Source of the DNA: Patescibacteria group bacterium
GTDB lineage: Bacteria; Patescibacteriota; Minisyncoccia; UBA6257; Colwellbacteraceae
Assembly: GCA_023380475.1 (NCBI GenBank)
Contig: JAMCRD010000005.1
Span: 16,087-80,086, forward strand
Direction: 5' to 3'
DNA length: 64,000 nt
Position 1 is the stretch's first letter, and the number at the start of each line of letters is the position of its first letter. The translations under genes and the position numbers were made by a program. Shown here in pieces: positions 28,382 to 37,381 of the stretch. A model generated the notes under the pieces. That model saw nothing but the letters and a program-made list of their open reading frames with translations. It searched no databases and had not been told where the DNA came from.

Positions 28382-28597
28382 ATGCAAACTGATGAACAGC
28401 TTATTGCGGATTATCTGAGGGGTAACGAGCACGCGCTGCGCTTACTCATTGAGCGTTACCTCAAGCCAATTTACAACTTCGTTTATAGGTACACCGGGGA
28501 GTTCGGCAGTGCTGAAGAGATAGCGCAGGATGTTTTTGCCAAACGTGTTGCCAAAGTGCGAATTGTATATTGTATAATTAAGTGTATATGTCCTTAG
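28382..28597 (+). pseudogene. ECF-type sigma-70 region-2 fragment (truncated; likely gene remnant)
   Basis: EQLIADYLRGNEHALRLLIERYLKPIYNFVYRYTGEFGSAEEIAQDVF matches sigma-70 region 2.1-2.2. The reading frame then degenerates (KVRIVYCIIKCICP) and ends inside the pilin-like gene start. No regions 2.3-4. Confidence 0.4.
28546..28578 (+). promoter_or_regulatory. candidate sigma-70 promoter for the large pilin-like gene (TTGCCA ... TATAAT)
   Basis: TTGCCA at 28546-51 and TATAAT at 28573-78 within an AT-rich TGTATA-repeat tract. The ATG at 28588 is only about 10 nt downstream, so possibly near-leaderless. Confidence 0.4.
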
Positions 28598-29790
28598 TCC
28601 CGAAAGATAAGCGAGGTTTCACTCTTATCGAGCTCCTTTTATATGTGGCTATATTCGCCATTTCGGCCGGGATAATAACCAGCGTTATGGTCAACGCTCT
28701 GCGTATTCAGGGCGGGGAGAACAGCTCCACCGAGGTAAGCAGCCAGCTTAACTACGTGCTGGCGACAGTGCAGCGATTGGTCCAGCAATCCAGCGAAATA
28801 GAGTATGCATACGAAGGTACTTCTACTAGCACCCCTTGCACGACGTTTTGCACACTCGAACTTAGAAATGCCAGCAGCACCCTTGATCCAACTTGGATAA
28901 CGTCCAATGCCAACGGAGTTTATGTCCAGCAAGGTGGGGGAACGCAGGGAGGAGGTACGGTAACGGCTATAACCAATAGCTTGATTACGGTTAATAATCT
29001 CAAATTCACCATTTACACTTTCCCTGGAGGCAATACCACTGTCCAAGTAAATGGATCCTTCGCATATAACACTTCTAATTCCGAACTGGCGGTGACCAAG
29101 ACGCTTGAATCAGCGATAGGGCGTGTTTCCGCCGCAACCTTTGACTCGGCGATATTGCCCACAGTTGATAACTCGCTGAGCATAGGACAGGGCGGTTCTT
29201 CCAATCTTAGGTGGCAAAATATTTATCTTGGTGGCACATTGTATCTTTCTACATCTAGCTTGTTGGGTCTAGGAACCAACTCTACAGACACAAGCGGCCT
29301 TTCATCGCCAGGATTCCTTTACTATAACACAGCGTCGAATACCCTTAGAGTTTTCAATGGTACGACGTGGAGTAACGTATCGCCGTTCGTGGTCAGTGGC
29401 ACGAGTACATATTTCACGGGCGGCAATGTTGGCATAAACACGTCCACTCCAGCCTCAACCTTAGATGTTAATGGTTCCCTATACAGTGAACTTTACGCTC
29501 CAACCTATTCCTCTTCGATGACAATAGATTGGAGTAAAGGTAACACTCAGAAGATAGTTCTCACCGGCAATGCCACCCTTACCTTTACCAACGGCCAGCC
29601 TGGCGGCAAATACAGTCTGATGCTGGTTCAGGATTCTACGGGCGGAAGAACCATTACATGGCCGTCAAACGTCAAATGGTCGGGAGGTACGGCGCCGACC
29701 CTCACCACTACGGCTAATAAAACAGACTTCGTAGGATTTATATTCGGCGGTAGTAACTACTACGGTGTTGGCACGGTACTGAACTTCTGA
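28588..29790 (+). CDS. large type IV pilin-like protein (prepilin-type N-terminus plus ~370-aa Thr/Ser/Gly-rich beta domain)
   Basis: N-terminus MSLVPKDKRGFTLIELLLYVAIFAISAGI: class III signal with G/F cleavage site and E+5. 400 aa. Confidence 0.7.
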   Translation: MSLVPKDKRGFTLIELLLYVAIFAISAGIITSVMVNALRIQGGENSSTEVSSQLNYVLATVQRLVQQSSEIEYAYEGTSTSTPCTTFCTLELRNASSTLDPTWITSNANGVYVQQGGGTQGGGTVTAITNSLITVNNLKFTIYTFPGGNTTVQVNGSFAYNTSNSELAVTKTLESAIGRVSAATFDSAILPTVDNSLSIGQGGSSNLRWQNIYLGGTLYLSTSSLLGLGTNSTDTSGLSSPGFLYYNTASNTLRVFNGTTWSNVSPFVVSGTSTYFTGGNVGINTSTPASTLDVNGSLYSELYAPTYSSSMTIDWSKGNTQKIVLTGNATLTFTNGQPGGKYSLMLVQDSTGGRTITWPSNVKWSGGTAPTLTTTANKTDFVGFIFGGSNYYGVGTVLNF

Positions 29791-29801
29791 CGTTGGATAT
29801 T

Positions 29802-32800
29802 ATGAGTAAAGATAGGTTAAGAAAACTTTTGGGTGCGGCAACGATTGCGGCAGTACTATTATCTATCGTCTCGTTGGTAATACCTGTTAATTTTACTTTC
29901 GCGAGCAATCCGACGGTTACTTCCATCACTCCCAGTTTAGTTGTAAACAGCGGCACGCAGGCTATCTCGTCTGTCGGAGGAACCGGCTTTACTACTGAGA
30001 CGGGGCTCGTGGGTTTATGGAGCCTTGAGGGTAACGCCAATGATTCCAGTGGCAGTGGGAATAACGCCACCGGTTATAATGTGTCTTACGGAACCGCCTA
30101 TGGCAGGTTCGGACAGGGAGCGAGCTTCAACGGAAGCAGCAGCTACATTCAAACTCCCAACCTGTCAGCTATCAATTCTAATACCCAGCCTTATTCAGTC
30201 GCGGTATGGTTTAAAGCTGCGGCCGCGGGAGTAATCGTCGATGAAACCGGTTCGACGTCCATTAATTCGGGTTGGCACCAAAGCTTCATGGAGATCCTAT
30301 CGAGCGGCAGCGTTGCAGTAAGGGTGTATAACCTAAGTACCTTAACCGCTGGAACTGCAACTTTCAATACATGGAATCAAGTCGTATTGACTTATGACGG
30401 CACCACCGTCCGCAGCTACTTAAATGGTGTAGCCGGTGGGACCACAACCGGCACTAGGTCTAGTCCGGGGGCCAGCAGCTATGGAGAGTACTTGAACTTA
30501 GGAGCGACCGATTCTACCAACTTGGGGAGCGGCGCTTGGTTTAGTGGGTCTATCGATGAGTTCCGTGTGTACAGCCGCGTATTATCATCCACCGAGGTAA
30601 CGTCGCTCTATAACCAGAACGGTTTTATCCAAGTCCAGCTTACCAAAACTGGCCAATCGACAGTGACTTGTAATAGTTTCTTTCCGACGAATTCGACTAC
30701 TTTAAGCAATGGTTGGTGTCCGGTAAACAGCATTGCTACAGGACAGTGGAATGTTGTCGTTACAAATCCCGATAACGGTACGGCAACATTGGCCAACGGG
30801 CTTACTGTCACTGCGCCCACGTTTTCATACCGCCGGCCGATAACTGTAAACAACCAATATCCGGAGAATGGTGTGGTAGGAAACTGGCACCTGGACGGAA
30901 ACTCGCAGGACAGCTCTGGTAACGGAAATAATGGTACAGACACATCTGTCACATACGGAACCCAATACGGCAAATTCGGCCAGGGAGCGAGTTTCAATGG
31001 GAGCAATAGTCTTATTTCCCTTCCGAATGGAACTGGCGCCTCGGGAACAACGTGGACAGGTTCATATTGGATCAATTTTACGACTACAGTAAGTCCAAAC
31101 ATAGCCGTAGTATTTGCCGAAAAAAGTTCGAATACGGGGGCGTTTTTTTCGAACATCAATAGGACAGCGATTGGCGCCATTGAGTGTGCAATATATAATA
31201 ATAGTTCCAATTATTATGTCATTTCTGCATCGTCTGGATATAACGATGGTAAGTGGCACAATGTTGTTTGCGTTGAAAACGGTGCAACGCTTTATTTGTA
31301 TATTGATGGTATTCTAAGTAACTCTGGTCCTTCAAGTGGTTTTTCGGTTGTCTATAATTATGGATACCTGGGGGCAAATGGTGGCGGAACGTCTCTAAAC
31401 GGTTCTCTGGACGAGGTGCGTGTCTACAACCGTGCGCTTTCTCCAGCTGAAGTACAAGATCTCTATAGCTACAATACTTCGAGGGTAGCGCTCTCGAATT
31501 ACCCAGTACTTATTCAAAACCCAATCTACAATGAAACCGGTCTTGTGGGTAGCTGGCATATGGAAGGCAACTCGCAAGACAGCTCTGGCAACGGCAACAA
31601 TGGTACCGATACCAACGTGACCTATGGGACTTCGTACGGCGAGTTTGGAAAAGGGGCACACTTTGTAAATGCCTCGCAATCGAAAATCGTTGTTCCATAT
31701 AATTCGGCAATGAATGGAAACTCATGGAGTGTTTCTTTTTGGTTAAAGATAGATAGCGATGTTCCATCGGGGACCGCGATAGCGCGATGGAATTCTCAAG
31801 GTGGAGATGGCAGCAACATCTTTCTGGTTTATGCGAATACAACTGGTCTAACAGGCTTTGGAAGGAACTCATCTAATACCCAATACAGTGTTTCTTATAG
31901 TGGTTCGTTAACGTCTTGGACATATATTGCGATGGTTTGGGATACTTCTGGCGGTTATTTACGCCTTTATATCAATGGCGCAGCCGTATCACCGACTGCC
32001 ATTTCGGGGAATGCCCTAACTGGCACGAGTCCGCTTTGGATTGGAGACGGTTCTCCTAATCCATCAGACACATACACCATCAATGGTGAAATGGACGAGG
32101 TTCGTCTATACAATCGCGTCCTTACTTCAACAGAAATCGCCAATCTTTATGCAGCTCATGCCGCCTTAAATTACCAGGACGTTAGGTTCGTTGATTCTGA
32201 TGGTATAACTCAGCTAAATTTCTATCGTCCGATGGACGGTAAATTCTGGGTTGCAGTTCCCTCGATACCGGTCGGCGTTAAGACGATATATATAGAATAC
32301 GGGAGCTCAAGCGCGACAGATGCTTCTAATCCCGCGTATGCGCCGATGGGTTTAGTGGCAGATTGGAACATGGACGAACCTCTTGTTGGCACTTCGTATG
32401 ACTCAAGCGGCAATAATTATAACGGCACGGATACAAATACCGCTGTTGTTAGCGGTAAATTCGGCAACGCTCAGAGCTTTAACGGGAGCAGTAGCTATAT
32501 AGGTATACCTAATTTACAAACTGGATTATCGTCCATGACAATGAGTGTGTGGATAAATATAACTAATCTAAGTAATGGCGGTAATTTTATAGATTTTAGA
32601 AGTAATGGTGTTACGGCTACGATTCCCTCTATAGGTTTGGGAGTGCTAAGTAGCGGTGTTTTCTATATCTCAAAAGAAACAGCACCGAATTATACGTGGG
32701 AGCAGCTTAATTCAACATCTACCTACCCCATTAATACGTGGCATCATGTTGTTGGAACATACACCAATATTTCTGGGACAGGATACTTGAATCTTTATGT

Positions 32801-34826
32801 CGACGGCTCGCTTGCCGCAACTCAAATGTCTTTTGCTGACGCTGCGAATTCGGTGCCAGAACAGTATTCTACTATAGGAGGAACGAATCATGCCGCTATG
32901 CAAGAAAGTGCTTACCTAGATGAGATCCGTGTCTATAACACTGCCCTGTCTGCTACCCAGGTTCAGCAACTATATAACAACCCTACACTCACACTCGTAC
33001 TTTCCGAAGAACCCAATCCTACTTCTCCAACAGTGTCGACGGTGACGCCTCTTGTGGGATCTCCTACGGGCGGTACGCCTGTTACCATCGGCGGCAGTGG
33101 GTTCAATCAACTGTATCAGGTCCCGATAACTGTTACTAATAACGGCCCAGCCGTTAATGATTACCAAATCCTTGTCCAGAACCCGATTTATAATGAGACA
33201 GGTCTTGTTGGCAGTTGGCACCTAGAGGGTAACTCACTCGATTCTAGCGGTAATAACAATAACGGTACCGATTCCAACGTGACTTACGGTGCTGCATATG
33301 GCGAATATGGCCAGGGAGCTAGTTTTAATGGGAGTAGCAGCGGAATAAGCCTTGGAGCGCCATCTTCTCTTACTTCTCTTTCGGGCAGTTCGATTGTTCA
33401 ATTCGCGGCATGGATATACCTGAAGGCCGTTCCTACGTCTGGCAATAGATTTTATATTATCCGTCAGGGTCAAGAATCGACATCAATGTGGGGAATGAGT
33501 GTGCTTTCTCCCGATGGAACAAATGCCTATCTTACGTTTCGGTCTGCCGCTCCAGGTCAAAATGGGAGAGAGCAGATGTCAAATACGGCAATAACACTGA
33601 ATACGTGGCATTTTGTAACAGCAGAGGCACAAGGGGGGACCGCAACCGCTACTTTATACATCGATGGTGTACAACAGTCCCTAACCCTTGCCGATGGTTC
33701 CAATGCGAACTATGTTTTTTCGTCTTCTTCTGCAAATATTTACATCGGAAGGGATAGTTCTGGAAACTACTGGAATGGATATATAGATGAAGTCCGTGTT
33801 TATAACCGCGTTCTTTCTTCGACTGAAATTACCAATCTCTATCAAGCTCACGCAGCCCCTAATTATCAAAATGTTAGATTCTACGATTCGGATGGCGTGA
33901 CACCCTTGCCATATTGGATGCAACAAGATGGAATGTTTTGGGTACGCGTACCATACATACCAAATGGGAATAAGACTATTTATATCCGATACGGCAATGC
34001 GAATATGACCAGTGGGAGTAATGGCGACGATACATTTCTTATGTTTGATGATTTTAAAAATAATGTAATAGATACAAGTAAGTGGGTGACCCAAATAGCG
34101 GCCGGCTCAATCACAGAAGCTAACGGCTATCTGTCAATATATAGAAATACCGGCGGTACTAATACCATTCAGACAGTAACGGGGCTGTCTTTATCTAACT
34201 ATACCGTGGATTTCGCAGCAAGTGCCGCCTCCGTCGCCAGCAACATACAGCTTGGAATCATGGATGCTAATCAAGCCGATGGTAACGGCTTTTATCCATT
34301 TTTCACATCTGGGAATGTATTCAACATATACAAAAGAACTCCCGGGACATGGACTTTATTACAGGGCAGTGTCGGTAGTTATAATCCAGGCGTTTTCGCT
34401 AACTATAAGATGATTAAAAATGGTTCAAACTTCAGCTTCTATAATAGTAGTGGCCAGATTGGTTCTACGCAGACTATATCAGTTGGCAATATAACTTATT
34501 TATTGGCTCCGAGGGTCTGGAATGAATCTCCTGGAGAAGGCGGCACGCTTGATATTAATAACTTTAGAGTACGTAGATACGCAGCTGTCGAACCCACCAC
34601 TTCTGTCGGTTCCGAAATGGCCGTAGGACCAACGGTAACTTTCGGTGGTACAGCTGCTACCGGAGTTACTTACAACAGTTCCAGCAGTCTAGGTGCGACC
34701 ACGCCAGCCCATGCGCTTGGAGTTGTTGATGTACTTGTCACCAATCCTGATGGGGGGGTTGGTACGCTGACTGGCGGTTTTACGTACGGAGTTGCGTCCA
34801 ATGGCTTTTTCCTGTTATTCGATTAG
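29802..34826 (+). CDS. giant secreted protein (1,675 aa) of alternating DUF2341-like and LamG/ConA-like lectin modules
   Basis: N-terminal signal/TM. Five repeats of LVGxWHLEGNSQDSSGNGNNGTDTNVTYG..YG.FGQGASFNGS...DEVRVYNRxLSxxEIxxLY (LamG_3-like). Interspersed YRRPITV, NYPVLIQN, NYQ[DN]VRFxDSDG...FWVxVPxIPxGxKTIYIxYG motifs (DUF2341-like). Confidence 0.85.
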   Translation: MSKDRLRKLLGAATIAAVLLSIVSLVIPVNFTFASNPTVTSITPSLVVNSGTQAISSVGGTGFTTETGLVGLWSLEGNANDSSGSGNNATGYNVSYGTAYGRFGQGASFNGSSSYIQTPNLSAINSNTQPYSVAVWFKAAAAGVIVDETGSTSINSGWHQSFMEILSSGSVAVRVYNLSTLTAGTATFNTWNQVVLTYDGTTVRSYLNGVAGGTTTGTRSSPGASSYGEYLNLGATDSTNLGSGAWFSGSIDEFRVYSRVLSSTEVTSLYNQNGFIQVQLTKTGQSTVTCNSFFPTNSTTLSNGWCPVNSIATGQWNVVVTNPDNGTATLANGLTVTAPTFSYRRPITVNNQYPENGVVGNWHLDGNSQDSSGNGNNGTDTSVTYGTQYGKFGQGASFNGSNSLISLPNGTGASGTTWTGSYWINFTTTVSPNIAVVFAEKSSNTGAFFSNINRTAIGAIECAIYNNSSNYYVISASSGYNDGKWHNVVCVENGATLYLYIDGILSNSGPSSGFSVVYNYGYLGANGGGTSLNGSLDEVRVYNRALSPAEVQDLYSYNTSRVALSNYPVLIQNPIYNETGLVGSWHMEGNSQDSSGNGNNGTDTNVTYGTSYGEFGKGAHFVNASQSKIVVPYNSAMNGNSWSVSFWLKIDSDVPSGTAIARWNSQGGDGSNIFLVYANTTGLTGFGRNSSNTQYSVSYSGSLTSWTYIAMVWDTSGGYLRLYINGAAVSPTAISGNALTGTSPLWIGDGSPNPSDTYTINGEMDEVRLYNRVLTSTEIANLYAAHAALNYQDVRFVDSDGITQLNFYRPMDGKFWVAVPSIPVGVKTIYIEYGSSSATDASNPAYAPMGLVADWNMDEPLVGTSYDSSGNNYNGTDTNTAVVSGKFGNAQSFNGSSSYIGIPNLQTGLSSMTMSVWINITNLSNGGNFIDFRSNGVTATIPSIGLGVLSSGVFYISKETAPNYTWEQLNSTSTYPINTWHHVVGTYTNISGTGYLNLYVDGSLAATQMSFADAANSVPEQYSTIGGTNHAAMQESAYLDEIRVYNTALSATQVQQLYNNPTLTLVLSEEPNPTSPTVSTVTPLVGSPTGGTPVTIGGSGFNQLYQVPITVTNNGPAVNDYQILVQNPIYNETGLVGSWHLEGNSLDSSGNNNNGTDSNVTYGAAYGEYGQGASFNGSSSGISLGAPSSLTSLSGSSIVQFAAWIYLKAVPTSGNRFYIIRQGQESTSMWGMSVLSPDGTNAYLTFRSAAPGQNGREQMSNTAITLNTWHFVTAEAQGGTATATLYIDGVQQSLTLADGSNANYVFSSSSANIYIGRDSSGNYWNGYIDEVRVYNRVLSSTEITNLYQAHAAPNYQNVRFYDSDGVTPLPYWMQQDGMFWVRVPYIPNGNKTIYIRYGNANMTSGSNGDDTFLMFDDFKNNVIDTSKWVTQIAAGSITEANGYLSIYRNTGGTNTIQTVTGLSLSNYTVDFAASAASVASNIQLGIMDANQADGNGFYPFFTSGNVFNIYKRTPGTWTLLQGSVGSYNPGVFANYKMIKNGSNFSFYNSSGQIGSTQTISVGNITYLLAPRVWNESPGEGGTLDINNFRVRRYAAVEPTTSVGSEMAVGPTVTFGGTAATGVTYNSSSSLGATTPAHALGVVDVLVTNPDGGVGTLTGGFTYGVASNGFFLLFD

Positions 34827-34891
34827 GATTGTCTGGCGTAAAAAGCCACATTGAGATAACTGTATAATCGCCTGTGTTATAATCTAGGCGC

Positions 34892-35977
34892 ATGTTTAAC
34901 GTTTTTAAGCCGCTGACGTCGTTGGTCAGCCATAAAAGTTATCTGGGGGTTGATATAGGCACCACTTCGATAAAAGTGGTTGAACTCAGCGATGCCAGCG
35001 AGAAACCGACTTTGAGGAACTACGGCGTTCTGGAAAGCTACGGTCACCTAGAGCGCCTTAACAACGCCATTCAGACGCCGACTCTCAAGATGCTGGATCG
35101 GGAAACAGCCGATTTGCTGATGACGCTGGTCAAGCAGCTTAATCTGAAGACAGTTGATGCCGTGGCCTCTCTCCCGTCATTCACAGCTTTTATGGCTCCA
35201 CTGGAAATGCCGGTGATGTCCTCTCAAGAAACTGTCCAGGCTATGCAGTATCAGGCTAGGCAGTTCGTTCCTCTCCCCATATCGGAAATCACCTTGGATT
35301 GGATTCCGGTGGGTGAGTATACCAACGAGAAGGGGAGCAAGATGCAACGTTTTTTCTTGATATCTGTTCCCAACGAGCAAATACGGAAATACCAGCGCAT
35401 CTTCAAAGCCGCTGGCCTTAACCTTATAGCCTTGGAGGTGGAGGATCTCAGTCTGGCCCGCATCCTGACCAGCGGTGATCCGACCCTCACCTTGATAGTC
35501 GATATTGGTGCACGTTCGACAGCAATCATGGTTGCTAAAAACGGGATCCTTAAGGGCAGCGGCCAGACCGACTTCGCTGGAGGTTCGCTGACTCAAGCCG
35601 TGTCAGGCGGTTTGGGCATAAACGTACGCCGGGCTGAGGAGCTCAAGAAACAAAGAGGCTTGATGGGCAGTGGGGGAGAGTACGAACTTTCCACTTTAAT
35701 GCTGCCCTTCTTGGATGTTATACTTAGTGAGGTTAAAAGGGTGCGGGACGATTATGAAAAAACGTATCGCGAGAAGATTGAACGCATCATAGTCTCAGGG
35801 GGAGGAGCTAACCTCTTGGGGATTGAGAAGTATATGGGTGATGCCTTCGGTCTGCCTGTGGCTAAGGCCGATCCGTTTTCTAAAATAATTTCCCCGCCGG
35901 AGGTAGCTCCGTTGGTTAGCGAGCTAGGACCACCTTTTTCCGTAGCAATCGGGCTCGGCATCAGACAATTTATATAG
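34892..35977 (+). CDS. pilM: type IV pilus assembly protein PilM (actin-like ATPase fold)
   Basis: N-terminal LGVDIGTTSIKVVELS, second actin-fold motif IVDIGARSTAI. Two TATAAT boxes (34863-68, 34880-85) just upstream. Confidence 0.85.
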   Translation: MFNVFKPLTSLVSHKSYLGVDIGTTSIKVVELSDASEKPTLRNYGVLESYGHLERLNNAIQTPTLKMLDRETADLLMTLVKQLNLKTVDAVASLPSFTAFMAPLEMPVMSSQETVQAMQYQARQFVPLPISEITLDWIPVGEYTNEKGSKMQRFFLISVPNEQIRKYQRIFKAAGLNLIALEVEDLSLARILTSGDPTLTLIVDIGARSTAIMVAKNGILKGSGQTDFAGGSLTQAVSGGLGINVRRAEELKKQRGLMGSGGEYELSTLMLPFLDVILSEVKRVRDDYEKTYREKIERIIVSGGGANLLGIEKYMGDAFGLPVAKADPFSKIISPPEVAPLVSELGPPFSVAIGLGIRQFI

Positions 35978-35989
35978 GGACGCATAAAA

Positions 35990-36532
35990 ATGGCATACAC
36001 GCGGGATACAAACGAACAGTTTATGCAAGATCGTGTATCAGTAAGTTGGCCATGGAGGCTACTCCTCACAACCGGCGTTCTCTTGGGGTTCGTCTTGGTT
36101 GTATACGCTGGCCTGACATTGGGCTACGAGACTTATCTCAACAGCTCGATAAGTTCTCTGAATTCTAAACTTGATTCGCTAAGCTTGCAGGTGTCACCCG
36201 CGGATCGCCAGGGATTCACATCTTTTTATTCTCAGCTTACCAATCTCCAAAAATTGCTCGGTTCGCACGTGGTGTCCTCGCAGGTGTTTCCGCTGTTCGA
36301 AGGCATGACGGATCCGAATGTCGTGTACAATTCCTTCAACTTGTCCGTTCCAGACAACGCCGTGAGCATAAGCGGCACGGCTCAAGATTATGCCACGCTG
36401 GCCAACCAACTCTATCTATACAAACAATCCCCTCAAGTCAGCAGCGTTATTTTGGAAAGTTCTTCGCTGTCAGGTAAGGTCGTCGCCTTCACCATAAAAT
36501 TAACTCTCAACCATGCGGGCCTCAACTTATAG
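35990..36532 (+). CDS. pilN: type IV pilus assembly protein PilN-like
   Basis: Short cytoplasmic N-terminus, one TM helix, periplasmic coiled/beta region. Position after pilM. Confidence 0.6.
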   Translation: MAYTRDTNEQFMQDRVSVSWPWRLLLTTGVLLGFVLVVYAGLTLGYETYLNSSISSLNSKLDSLSLQVSPADRQGFTSFYSQLTNLQKLLGSHVVSSQVFPLFEGMTDPNVVYNSFNLSVPDNAVSISGTAQDYATLANQLYLYKQSPQVSSVILESSSLSGKVVAFTIKLTLNHAGLNL

Positions 36533-37082
36533 GTTAGCTTCCATATTGGGTAGTCTGGTTTTTCTCGTATTGGCGATCGTGTGTTATACGAGCTTGGTTG
36601 TGCCGGCTTATGATCAGGTCCAGAACTTGCGCGGCGAACAGACAGGTATCCAAACGACCATAGCTCAAGATCAGCAGGCGGTGTCTGTCGTCAACAACCT
36701 CTTGGGTCAGTATCAGAGCTTATCTCAATTCAGGGATAGTATATCGCAGGTACTGCCGACCGCGGACAACATGGACACGGCAGGCATTGTGTACCAGATT
36801 CAGGGCCTAGCTGGCTCGCGAGGGCTGACCCTGCAATCGCTTACCTTGCAGAATCTACCGACGCAGGCTATTTCGTCCGATCAGCTGGTCAGCCCCGTCG
36901 GATCCATCCAGATATCCCTGACGTTGAGCGGTCCTTACCAAAATTTCAAAGCATTCTTGGGAGACTTAGAAACTAACATCCGCCTTATGGATGTATCCTC
37001 TATAAATATCTCCGGTGGTGGTTCGGCTACCAACAGTAACCTTGTTTATGCGATGGTCGTTAAGACATATTATCAACAATAG
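36513..37082 (+). CDS. pilO: type IV pilus assembly protein PilO-like
   Basis: TM helix plus coiled-coil and a C-terminal beta domain. Gene order pilM-N-O. Confidence 0.55.
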   Translation: MRASTYRLASILGSLVFLVLAIVCYTSLVVPAYDQVQNLRGEQTGIQTTIAQDQQAVSVVNNLLGQYQSLSQFRDSISQVLPTADNMDTAGIVYQIQGLAGSRGLTLQSLTLQNLPTQAISSDQLVSPVGSIQISLTLSGPYQNFKAFLGDLETNIRLMDVSSINISGGGSATNSNLVYAMVVKTYYQQ

Positions 37083-37084
37083 CC

Positions 37085-37381
37085 ATGGCCATAGTCGTCG
37101 AAGGCGAGAAGCAAAAAAGTCCCATAACCACTGTAGTGGTCGTGATTATCGTATTGATCATAGTGGCTTTCGGCAGTTACTATCTTTTCTTTAGCCCGGC
37201 CCCGGCTATTCAAAACATCGTAGTCCCGGCCGATCTCCAGTCGATAGATCAAACATCCAAGATCGATATAAGTGTGGTTCAATCTCTGGCGTCGTCGACT
37301 GCTTACACTAATCTGAAGGTACTGGTCCCACCCCAACAAGTTAATGGGTACGGTCGCTCTGATCCGTTTCAACCGTACTAA
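37085..37381 (+). CDS. small single-TM pilus-locus protein (possible PilP-like)
   Basis: TM helix VVVVIIVLIIVAFGSYYLFF, short periplasmic tail ending GRSDPFQPY. Translationally coupled to pilB. Confidence 0.4.
   Translation: MAIVVEGEKQKSPITTVVVVIIVLIIVAFGSYYLFFSPAPAIQNIVVPADLQSIDQTSKIDISVVQSLASSTAYTNLKVLVPPQQVNGYGRSDPFQPY

Noticed and set aside
30608-31210. 200-aa minus-strand ORF inside the giant gene
   Set aside because: Antisense to the strongly supported 1,675-aa reading frame. No motifs.
29900-33900. Periodic ~750-nt nucleotide repeats
   Set aside because: Considered as a possible CRISPR or satellite array. They are the in-frame coding repeats of the LamG/DUF2341 modules (period too long, no spacer-repeat structure).
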